A stretch of DNA of 64,000 nt from Zancudomyces culisetae HAW-14-8 (lineage: Eukaryota > Fungi > Kickxellomycota): the NCBI GenBank assembly GCA_052426225.1, contig JBNJNM010000008.1:1302001-1366000 (forward strand), in the 5' to 3' direction. The position numbers were made by a program, and so were the translations under genes. The notes below the pieces were generated by a model, which made no database searches, was not told the DNA's origin, and worked only from the letters and a program-made list of their open reading frames with translations. Positions 49,704 through 61,042 of the stretch are shown piece by piece; the stretch's first letter is position 1, and each line of letters starts with the position of its first letter.

Positions 49704-52255
49704 TATGACAATCGGTGTTTTTATAAATTATTTATGAGGTATACGATATTATAGGGATAAAAGGATAATTAAGATGGGCTTTATGTCTTGGAATTCTAAC
49801 AACACCCTTATATACATATCCAAGGCAAAATATTTTTTATTCAATCTCACTTTATTTTGCTGATACTTATTGGTTTTAGTGTTCTATGAAATTGATTTGG
49901 TACTGTTTTTGATTTGATTTAGGTTAAATATTTATTAGATTATTGATTTGGATTTAGTGTAACAACTTTTGTTTGCCTTTATTGGATTTCTTAGCTTTCT
50001 GACATCTGAAACTTTTTTTTGGTGACTAAATATATTTAATATGTATTTTTGACCTAGTAATTTATGCGCAGCATCGAACGATTTAACTGAAATAGTAAAA
50101 AAAAGTAGATACATAACAAGTAGATTACATAACCAAGAAACTTGTAATGCCAATTATTGAGTGACCAACAAATTAATAACAAAATTAAACCTGTAAAAAA
50201 GTTTGATGAAATCAATAAAAAGTCAGTCACACCTATCGTGTATTTTCAACCTATTAAAATTATCGAAAAGTGATAATTCCATCTTTTATTTTTTGTATTT
50301 TTTCTGGAAGCGGTGGTTTGGTACACAAAGATTGCATACAACAAAAGAGAAATAGATAGATGGTAAATGAGCTCGATTGGTATCATATCCATTCGGAGCC
50401 TAACCAAATTGAAAGTGACAGTATATTGGTAAAATGCGCTTTTCCTGTAAATATAACCATAGAAGAGCCATAAGCATTGGTTGAATGTAGAATATGAAAA
50501 ATAGTAAAATGAACTCAAAAAGACTTGGACGAATTCCTTTATCAACATTACTCAACTTTGTAACATTTAGCTTCAGCTTTTACTTTTGCACTTTCTTTGG
50601 TTACAGAAAGGGGTATATCCTACCATTAATCAACAGTTTCAGCATAGTCAACGCATCAGTTGTTCTGTTCAAATGACCCTGCTTTCAATAGCTTCTGAAT
50701 AGTAGATCAATAAGTTTATTTTCACGTAAACCTAAAAATGATGATCACCTGTTGTTTTCCAAGAATAAGCGTTTGTTCAGATCAGTTCTTAATTGATATG
50801 CTATTTCTATTAAGCCAAGGAACCCAAGAGCCATTCACACAAAAATTCACTAGCACCAATCTTTCAGTTCTGGGCGTGACAAGTTAAGAACAAGTTTAAA
50901 TATTTGCTGGATACTTGAAACTAGAAAGAGAATTGCAAGAGTTGAAACCATCCAAAAAATACTAAACAGTTACAGCTTGTTTAGTATTTGTGCTAGTATA
51001 CCACATAGTCTAGTTGATTCATACACGCTACTACGAAGTATTGACTTGATTATCATGTCAAAACAAACATATGATAAGCAAAAAATAATGTAATAAACTA
51101 TACAGATATAATAAATTAAGCCCAAGGTCTATAAACACTGTAGAATGGTTGAAGAGGATTTGAAAGGAAAAAAAACATGACAAAAATGAATATTGAGGAC
51201 ATGTCTATAGAAATATTACACTTGCACGACGAACTTATTAAATAACCACCAATATAGAAGCGATAAAGTAACATACATGATTATCCAATCACTCTCTTTT
51301 TGTCTTTCTAAGAACTCCATACTTACCAGCTGTTGGTTCAATCAACGCCTAGATTTCGATTTTAATTAATTCCTATATAATTTCTAGGAAATAAATTAAA
51401 TTCACTATATACCTAAACTTTTGATATGTGGCAGCAACGAAGTTTAACGAACTTGATCACCGAAATTCTGGCTTTTTCTTATTATCAAAAGTGTTCTTGA
51501 TTTTTTTAGTTGATCATAATATACCCAGTAAACTTTTATTAACAAAAGTTAAATTGGCTAGTTCATTGTCCATTTCAAAATTAATATATTTCTTGATCTA
51601 CAAATTCGCTGTTCCAATATAATTGCTACAAGAGAATGGAAACAACTCTGGTAAATGGAATTACAACTATTATCTTCTAAAACCACTATTTACACTATAA
51701 ACAGAGTTTGTCTCCCTCTATTTTTTATTCTCTGCCAATGAAATTTCAGATAGTGCTTCTCCAATACACAAAATTGATAAACGCAGATCTATTCAACTAC
51801 ACCAGCTTCAAATAAAAACCAGGTCAAGAGCAGAATAACTTTAAATTACCCTCAAAATAAAAAAATGTACAATTGCTAGAATTTAAAAGTGAGTTTATTC
51901 AAATAAGCTAAATTTATGAATATATTATAGAATACAGTATTATTGCAAGAAACAGGTGTATTCCAAGATACCTATGTGTTATTGTACTATTCTAGACCAC
52001 AATATTGATGTACAAAGCCTCCTCCAACAAATAATTTACTAATGTATTACAACGTATACAAACTATTCAATGGTATTCACATTATCTTGTGTATTAGTGT
52101 ATTAATAATGTGAATTGTGAGACTATTGTGCCTTTATCAAAAGTATATAAAGGTAAGGTTTTTACCACACAATTTAAAAAAAACACAACATCGTTTCAAC
52201 AGGAAATAAAACAAATAGTCCAAAAACAAACCAACAGAAACTACAAATAGCCAAA

Positions 52256-52810
52256 ATGTTCAAATCAGTACTAGTCAGTGCCTTGCTCCTAGGTTCAACC
52301 ATGGCCAGTGCAGTAAAGCTAAACAATGCCCAGCAGGAATACAACAATGACCTTGCCGATTCCAAATACAACAACGATCTTGCTAATGCTGAATACAACA
52401 ATGATCTAGCTGATTCTGAATACGACAACTACCTAGCTGATTCTGAATACAATAACGATATGTCTGGTTGTGAATTCAATGATATGCGTGGTCGTGGCCG
52501 TGGTGGACGCAAGGCCAAGAGAACAAGTGTTAGATTGTACAAGGCTGCTAACTTTGGCCAAAAAATCAGCAAGCGCAGCGTCAGACGCGGAAAGTGCTAC
52601 AACACTGATGAATTCGCATCAATCAAGCTTGGAAAGAAGAGTGGATTGACCAAGCCAGGAAAGGGTGTTATTGTGGTCTGTGCAGCAAAGGATTGTACTG
52701 GAAAATGCCAAGTGGTTCGTAGATCATCGTCCAAGACCATTGCCAATGTAGCTGATGTTCTTGGTGGAAATGCAGTTTCATACGCTTGGCTCAAGGTCAA
52801 GAGAACCTAA
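52256..52810 (+). CDS. Secreted protein with acidic 9-aa repeat propeptide and basic Cys-containing mature domain
   Basis: Signal peptide, ~5 x EYNNDLADS, KR site, domain homologous to 2576-2995, TATATAAA at ~52144. Confidence 0.85.
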   Translation: MFKSVLVSALLLGSTMASAVKLNNAQQEYNNDLADSKYNNDLANAEYNNDLADSEYDNYLADSEYNNDMSGCEFNDMRGRGRGGRKAKRTSVRLYKAANFGQKISKRSVRRGKCYNTDEFASIKLGKKSGLTKPGKGVIVVCAAKDCTGKCQVVRRSSSKTIANVADVLGGNAVSYAWLKVKRT

Positions 52811-54537
52811 TTTCTAGGTTTTAGAATTTAGAATTTCATTATATTAAATAGCACATTAACTGCATAGATTTTTATTTCAACTTTCATTCTTTTAAAAAAC
52901 ATGAAGAGGTAATTTAAAATAAAATCATTTTAACAATCAACTGTGATCAGTATATATTCGAAAAGAGCTCAAAGTAAAGCAAAGCGAATATACTATCCAT
53001 TCAATAGTAAATAGCTAGAAAAAAGCACATGGGCTAATACTTTTTAGCGAGTATTTAGAATAGACCTGTAATATATTTATCTCCGCAGTTAATGTAAATA
53101 TCATAGAAACAAGGTTTGATGGTTAAACCCTAGGATATGTTGAGTATATCCATAAAGGGATAATCAAATTCAGCAACAGTACTTGTCAAACATCTTTAAT
53201 AAATTGGTCAAAATCAGATGATACATTCTAATTTTTGAATCAAATGAGAGTTAGTATTGAGTCTTAACTATACGAGTAGGCAGTTGACTGGTGATGAACT
53301 GGTACTCATATATCTTGTTTCTGACATGCTAATCCTTTAAAAGTGTTAATCAATGGAAGAAGCTCAGTAGACGGATTTAGCAAAGACAAGTGCTTATTCT
53401 TTGAGCATTTTGAGTAAGGGTGGAGTCTGAATGAGTTATTGTGTTAGTATTAAGGATGTTATCGGTTTTTACAGAATTTGTTTAATTTGTAGTCAGACAC
53501 AAATAACACAAGTTATTCAGGAACCGCAACATAGTATAAAGCCTACCACCGGCTATTTAATAGTTCCATCATATTTAATATTTCTAAATGTATTTACATG
53601 TAAAGTAGTTGATGTTCAAGATCCAATTACCAGATTAATATGGGCAAAAATTAACGAGTTTTTGGATCCAGTTTGACATTAGTGAGCAACCTTATAGAAC
53701 GTAAAAAAGTTATCAAAAGATTATTATATATCTCAAAAATATCTACACAAGTCAATGCCACAAACTTTGTTTTACAACTTTGCAATATGGTGCAAATCAC
53801 TGTATACTAGATCCCTGGGTTTACCAATTGCTTCAGTCAAGCTAAATTGCGTTGAATGGATCCTTAATTTTTATTTCTACCAATCTATGTCTATTCTAAA
53901 GTCGAGTTTCATAAAAAATCTAGTATACAAAAAAATTAAAATTTGAATATTTAGGTACAGGCTGATAACCGCTTTATTGAACAACTTATGGTTTAAGAGC
54001 CATAATAAACATTAGCCATAAAAATGTGATATTTAGTTTATTCATTTATTCCAGAAATAAAATAACCAGGAACAATATAAAGAGTGACTAAAGATATGAA
54101 AGTATTGAATAAAACGAAAACACTTATAATTCTATTATTCAGGTACAAGATAAACTGTCATCTTCACATTACCCATCTCAGTCAATACTAAATAGTCAAT
54201 AATATATAAATATCTATAAATATAAATTCGATTAGCTAATATTGGAGAGTAATAACCATATGTAAAACATTTGGATAAATTTCATTTAAATCTAACATAC
54301 AGTAGTGCGTTGTTGGATTTAATACGGAATACAAAGAGTTGAGGTCGAGAAGCCAAAAATATAAAATTTAATAACAATATAAATCAACTAAATTGTAAAG
54401 AAAACTCAAAAACTAAAAATGACTAATAATAAAGAAAGGTAAGCATATAACTAACATTAAACTAGAACAATGTTTAAGAAAAAGTTTAAAAAAAGTATTT
54501 TTATAGGTGTATCAATAGTTTAATACAGAGTAAAAGA

Positions 54538-55040
54538 AAATATTGAAAATTTATGTTAAAATGAAGTCACAAGCTAAAGATGGAGTAGCTCTAAATATAA
54601 CACAACTTGATTAAATATAGCCATTGGTGTTTTTTATTAATTAGGATCATATATAAACAATGGAAGTTCATTAGAAGATTCCTTAGCTATTCTAGTAGTT
54701 TTAATAAGTAAAAAAAACAAGATAAATAGTTAAAATTGTGGACAGAAGTTAAAGGTGGTAATAATTAAGTATATTTGGAATACTGCTACGACTAGTTAAT
54801 AAATATCAAGTATAAAGATAAAAAGAAAACTGTTAAAATCGCATTACCAACATGCCAGGATTCGTGAGTAAAATCTGAACTACATTGATACAGACAGCTA
54901 AAGATGAGGGTCGATACTCGTCTAATAGTGATCGTTCGGGAGCGGCTTCAGTGGAGTTAGATCCCGAAGAATCACGTGGTCAGTTTGCTGATATCATGGA
55001 TCATGTTTTTTTACAAATGAAGAACCCGACAGAGGATATG
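54538..55040 (+). repeat. Left arm of a long inverted repeat
   Basis: Near-identical reverse complement of 58243-58766; weaker similarity extends out to ~54100 / ~59450. Confidence 0.88.
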
Positions 55041-56683
55041 GTTACGCCCAATACCATCCGATAGTAGTAAGTTTTATATAACACCTAGACAATTAAAAAG
55101 CTATATTGAATGTTTCGCAACCATGAACACAAATAAAAAAAGTTGAATAATTCCATTATTTTACAGCACCTACTAGTAAAACAGAATAGAGGTTTCCATC
55201 TGATCTACCCAATTCCCCAGTCAACAGTTTACAACCATAAATATATTTACTGAAATTTATTTAGGTTTCAGGGATATTTATGTTGACATTTACGAGCTTA
55301 CTAGATTCGCTATTGTGTTTAACTGAATCGAAAACCCCCAATCTAGATCCTAAATCGACAATAATTTTACTGTTTTAAAGTGTTCTATTTGATATCAAAA
55401 TAGTTGAGTAACTGACCATTTTGAGCTCAATATTGTTTTTGACTCTTGTAAAAAGAGTACATCTTAAATACAAGGCTTTTGTATTCTACTTAAAGAGAAA
55501 AACTTGATTACCATTAGGTTAAGCGGATAGTAAGTTATGCTAGCCATTGTGGGTAAATAAATCATAATACAACCAAGTAAACAGTTAAAACAGTTCTCTT
55601 GTTAGCTCACAAAACAATGTACATGTGCTACGTAATATAGATGGTCTAGTTACTTTTCCTGGCTGACACCATATTAATGTACGAGTAAGTATAAAGGTGT
55701 GGTAAAAATGGTTTTATTCCCAATGGATAGTTTTTGGTTTATGCACTGTTTACTAAAGTGTTATATATCAACACTATTGGTTCATCAAGAGAACTGCAAG
55801 TGTATTATTTTGTACACTTAACAGGTAAATTGAAATAGCTCCGTTTTTATAAACCCTGTTTATTCTTAATACATCCCAATAAAAGGAATTTAATATGAAA
55901 AAGATTCTATTTTTCCAAGCGAATGTTGGTAGAAGAACCACTTTTTTTTCAAAAATTCTTGTTTTTGGATGTTTAGGCTTTGTTGTAACTTTAGAATAAA
56001 TACATACCTATACCAAAAAAAATTGTAACAAACACAATAAACAATTTTCACCCGAGATACCTACTCACCAAAAACAACAACTATCCAATTATTTAAACAG
56101 TTTGTAAGAAAGTTAAACTTCTTTTTTTCTATTGTCAGAATGTTGGGAAGAGAAGGAAAAAAAAAGAGAGAGAGGGTGATATACCTATTTGTATTAACTA
56201 GGTTGAACTTTTAGAATTATCCTTTGTTAATACTTTCTTTTTCTAGAATTGAAGATTGATTATTCTTCTTTTTCTGAGCAAACGAGGTGTTAAGGTATAT
56301 TCTGCGACAAGGAACAAATGAATTATAATATTTTTGATGGATCTTTGCAGAATTTATTGAAAGAACTGCCTTGATGGAGGAAAGAAGGGGGGTGGGGTGA
56401 AAAGTGACTTTATTAAATTTTGGCAAACTTTACTGAGTCTACAGGGTTACAAAAGTAGTGTGAGTATACTGGGGCAAGAAGAACGTGTATCAAGTTGGTA
56501 TTAACTTTTGGAATACTCATATACTTTTAGTTTTTTCAAAAGAATGGAGGAAGCAAATATAAATAGTCTTGGTTCAAACCCAAGTTATTCCCTCCTCATC
56601 AATCTTTTTTTAAACTATATTATTTAGGTAAAATAACCATAAAAAATAAAAGCCCAATTATTACTATAAAAAAGCAAAGAAGT

Positions 56684-57254
56684 ATGAAGGTAGCAAAAAC
56701 AGCAGTTTTGGTCAGCATCGCATGTTGCATAAACAGTGATTTCGGTGTTGATGTTTCTTTTACCAGAATTGAAAGCGAAGCAAGGAGATGTGAAAAATAT
56801 AACAATCTGGAATCTGGAATCTGTAGCCGAGCTTATTGATGGGCTTGAACTGTTTAAGAAGTATCCTCGTACACTTTATTACAGTTCCACAATGTATGCT
56901 GATGACACTAATACTAGTGAGTTTGTATATGATCATTTGATTAAGGAAGTTTGTAACAACCCTTCGTATCCGGACGGGGTTTCTGTTAATGCCAGGGTGT
57001 TGCATAATCAAAACACTAGTAAGGACCCATCATTTAAAAGGGATGGATGCGAGTATCCCTACAGAAAATTAACTGGCTGGGGTGCTATGCAAGTGGGTGG
57101 GGATTTACCCAAGCTTATTGAGTACAAGGTCTGTAAAAAGCAATGTACTTGTGAACGTACACTTTCTGTCATCCCATATGAAAAATACAGAAAATTCCCT
57201 GTAGAGGCGGGATGCAGTTTTGCATTGTTTGATCCCGTTTATTCTAGTGCTTGA
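56684..57254 (+). pseudogene. Secreted Cys-containing protein with a single frameshift near 56825 (pseudogene or assembly indel)
   Basis: ATG 56684 gives MKVAKTAVLVSIACCINS... (signal peptide), stopping at ~56839. The +1 frame continues to 57254. TATAAATA at ~56558. Confidence 0.6.
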
Positions 57255-58242
57255 TTGGAGTTATATTTTTTTCCAGTGTCATTCAATGCTGTCACATTTA
57301 GTTTTGATTAATTTTTACCTATATAAACAAATATAATAAAACTTTTACCAACACCACCTACACTATCGATACAAGCTGAATATTTTTTAAACAAAGCATC
57401 ATAATTATTAAGATTTTACAATTCCATTTTGATGCCTTTATCACAATTATAATCATTTTTGGAAGAAAATAAAATGCATAAAAATTAAAATAAGTATATA
57501 ATCACAAATAAAAAAATAAAATAAAGAGCTGTGCGGGTACAACACACATACATATATGGGGCTCAAAGACTCGTTTGAGAGCAGATAGTTTTTTCAGGGG
57601 ATGTTTTAGTTCTCTTTTCTTGTATCTTTTAGTATTAGGAATAAATATCATTTTTTTATTTTCATCATATTACAAAGTAGTCTTAATAAATAGTTATCAC
57701 AATAAAATTTACTCATTACATCATTATAGTTAACTACTAGAACATAAACAGAAAAGTTGAATTATATTATAACAAAGTAAACAATTTATTTTAGTTCTAG
57801 TGTTCGCTCCATCTTGTTATTGTAATAATGTAAAAATAATTTTAATTTATGGAGTGAACCCAGGTTTGAAATATGAATACATGATGTGTGTTTTATATGC
57901 AGGGTTTTCTTTAACATATCCCTACATTAAATTACATTATGCTGGTTAAAATACTCTCATACTTTAATAAGAGATCCATGTTACAGTGTTAAGGCAAATT
58001 AATAAAGAAAAGTATCCGAGTATTTATGAGTTTGGGAAAACGGAATACCTGAATAAAATAACTTATAAAAAGTATAAGCAAAGGGAATAAATTAGTGAGA
58101 TGGGGTCAAAATGGCCATAATTTTGATATTCTAATGATAAACTCAATTGAAGTGAACAAACACGCTTTGTATTTTTTTGGCAATAAACGTTTTTTTTAAA
58201 TTTGATATTCAAAGGCTGATATATATGTTCAACGAACCTGTG

Positions 58243-58766
58243 TCGGAGGGGATTGGGTGTAACCATATCCACTGTCGGGTTCTTTGTTTGATAAAAAACA
58301 TAATTTATGATATCAGCAAACTGACCACGTGATTCTTCGGGATCTAACTCCGCTGAGGCCGCTCCCGAACGATCACTATTAGACGAGTATCGACCCTCAT
58401 CTTTAGCTGTCTGTATCAATGTAGTTCAGATTTTACTCACGAATCCTGGCATGTTGGTAATGCGATTTTAACAGTTTTCTTTTTATCTTTATACTTGATA
58501 TTTATTAACTAGTCGTAGCAGTATTCCAAATATACTTAATTATTACCACCTTTAACTTCTGTCCACAATTTTAACTATTTATCTTGTTTTTTTTACTTAT
58601 TAAAACTACTAGAAGAGCTAAGAATTCTTCTAATGAACTTCCATTGTTTATATATGATCCTACTTAATAAAAAACACCAATGGCTATATTTAATCAAATT
58701 GTGTTATATTTAGAGCTACTCCGTCTTTAGCTTGTGACTTCATTTTAACATGCATTTTCAATATTT
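58243..58766 (-). repeat. Right arm of the long inverted repeat
   Basis: See 54538-55040. Confidence 0.88.
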
Positions 58767-60439
58767 GTTTTTGCACTTATACTCAGCCTTTGGTGTACTA
58801 ATTCAAAATATATTTTATATCTGTTTTTCGATTTTCTGATATTTTAGGGCTAAATTGGCTTAATAGTTTGGACATTTTTAGTTGAGTTTTCATTACTTTT
58901 TAGTTGATTGTTATAATCATATTTAGAATCAGTTCACTTTAGTTTCGCTTGTTCTTCAATTTAATTTCAAATTCAACCTTCTCTGGAGCAATTCTTTGTG
59001 TCCCGTACTAAATCCAAGTACTATAAATAATATTATCAACGAAACCATGTATTAAGTTGTATTAATACTGAATAATAACTAAAAGTTTCAAATATTATAG
59101 TGTCGTGTGTTCTGGGTATAAGATTAAATTAGTCTGATTACTTGGGAATATTAAATATTCAAAATATAATGTTAAATTCTCAAACTGTAATGCATATATT
59201 AAATTATTACCAATCAAAGTATGTATTAATTTCTGATAACAGTTTTCGGAAATATACAGATCAATAATCATAAAGAAAAATCAAAAAATACTTATAATTT
59301 TAGAATATTTAATTTAGTTAAAAAGTATTTAATTGACTATGAGAAATGAAAAGACTGTGAGGATGACGACAAGGCTAAGAATAAAAAAATAACGGATATA
59401 TTAAATATTAATAGGATAAGTATGTCATTAGTTTTAACAGTATCAGTTGAAAAATGTAAAAGCAGAAGAGATATTTTTACGAGTTTCATATCTTCTTTTA
59501 TTGGTTTTTATGTTACAACAAGAATAGATAATAGAGGTAATTGGAACAAGAAACTTGTTCGAACAATATTGATTTATAAAGTATAGGTTTATTAATAGTG
59601 CAAGACTAACTTTGAAAGCTAAAAACAATAACTTAGAATACTAAAAACTAATTTCCATGTCCTATTTATCAATTCCTCTACGTCATCATTCAGGGTTAAA
59701 AAATGATGGGCGTTACTCTTTTGACAGTGACAGATCAGGTGTCTTGTCCATGGATGTCGAACCTCGATCTTCGCGTGACCCATTAAAGATCTCGAGGAAG
59801 TGATCAAACAGCAGTTTCTATCAGTCGAAACCCAACCAACAAACGTGATATACTCGGTTACTTCCGACAGCGAAGTGGTTTTGTTTAGATTTAGAAATCA
59901 AAATATTATAACATATGATTTTTCATATTAAATATTGATTTTTGAAATGAATAATGAATTTGAGTAGCGTTGTGTACAATAAAGCATATTAAAAAACAGC
60001 AGTTTAAAAGCTAAAACAAAGGATAGAACACCTTTTTTTAGAATATGATGGTTTTCGAGGATATACATACTTTACAGTAGATTTTAAGTGACGATAAAAT
60101 AAAATTACTTTTGGCTCAAGGTGACTACGACAAAGAATACCTGAAAATCTGAAAAGATGGGATAAAAAAACAGGGTTGGCTAGACCAACCAAAAGTTTTT
60201 TGAGGTTTAATAAATTAAAAATAGGGTAGAAATAATGACAGTAATCGTGTGCAATGCCATCATTGCATTGTGGTTTATGTACTACTAGAGTGTTTAGCTT
60301 ATGAAATGCCTTTGATGATTTGATATATTTATTTCAAAATGATAATTGTAATATTTTTTTTTATCGGAATTAAAAATTTTAATTACAACCATTAATTCTA
60401 CTAATTCATCAACCCTTCATCTCTTACATTTTCTCCACC

Positions 60440-61042
60440 TCATAGAGTTATAGTTTGGGTTATTGTAACGGTTTCTGTATTAGTGAAATTGTTAGTCACA
60501 GTATTAGTTACAGTATCAGTGACAGTATTAGTAACATCATTTGTTACGGTATTGGTGACAGTATTGGTGACAGTATTTGTCAAACTCTCGGTACGAGTAC
60601 TGGTGACAGTATTGGTAACATTATTTGTAACCGTATTTGTGACCGTATTTGTAACCGTATCTGTGGTTGAGTTTGTAACTGTGTTTGTGACTGTGGCAGT
60701 TGTGGTTGAGGTAGATGGTATACACGTTGATGATGGGTTGATCTTTGTGGTATATTCTACTGTATTATCTTTATAATCTGCTCGATTTCCATATGCGTAA
60801 TTGTCATTACCATTGCCATTGTATTTTGGTCGCATATAGATGTCATAGTCATCATTTCTGTAATTATTATTTCTGAAATCATTGTCATTAAAGTCATTGT
60901 AACTATACTTTCTACGATTTTTGACCTGCGTACTAAATCTGTGTGCTCCACTTGATTCTCCATTGATATGCACACTATTAGCGCACGTGATATAGAGTAT
61001 TGTGGTTACAAGTAGCTTTCTTGTTGATAATATTTTTACCAT
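60440..61042 (-). CDS. Secreted protein with N/D/Y-rich region and tandem (N/D)TVT repeats (mucin/adhesin-like)
   Basis: Signal peptide, 12-nt tandem repeats encoding TVTN, TATAAA on minus at ~61180. Confidence 0.75.
   Translation of the reverse strand: MVKILSTRKLLVTTILYITCANSVHINGESSGAHRFSTQVKNRRKYSYNDFNDNDFRNNNYRNDDYDIYMRPKYNGNGNDNYAYGNRADYKDNTVEYTTKINPSSTCIPSTSTTTATVTNTVTNSTTDTVTNTVTNTVTNNVTNTVTSTRTESLTNTVTNTVTNTVTNDVTNTVTDTVTNTVTNNFTNTETVTITQTITL

Noticed and set aside
52338-52480. Regularly spaced 27-nt repeats (CRISPR-like?)
   Set aside because: In-frame coding tandem repeats without unique spacers, in a eukaryotic gene.
59740-59800. GTCGAACC-containing hairpin (tRNA-like?)
   Set aside because: No cloverleaf or A-box on either strand.
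60455-60776. Val-rich plus-strand ORFs
   Set aside because: Antisense shadows of the TVTN repeat gene.
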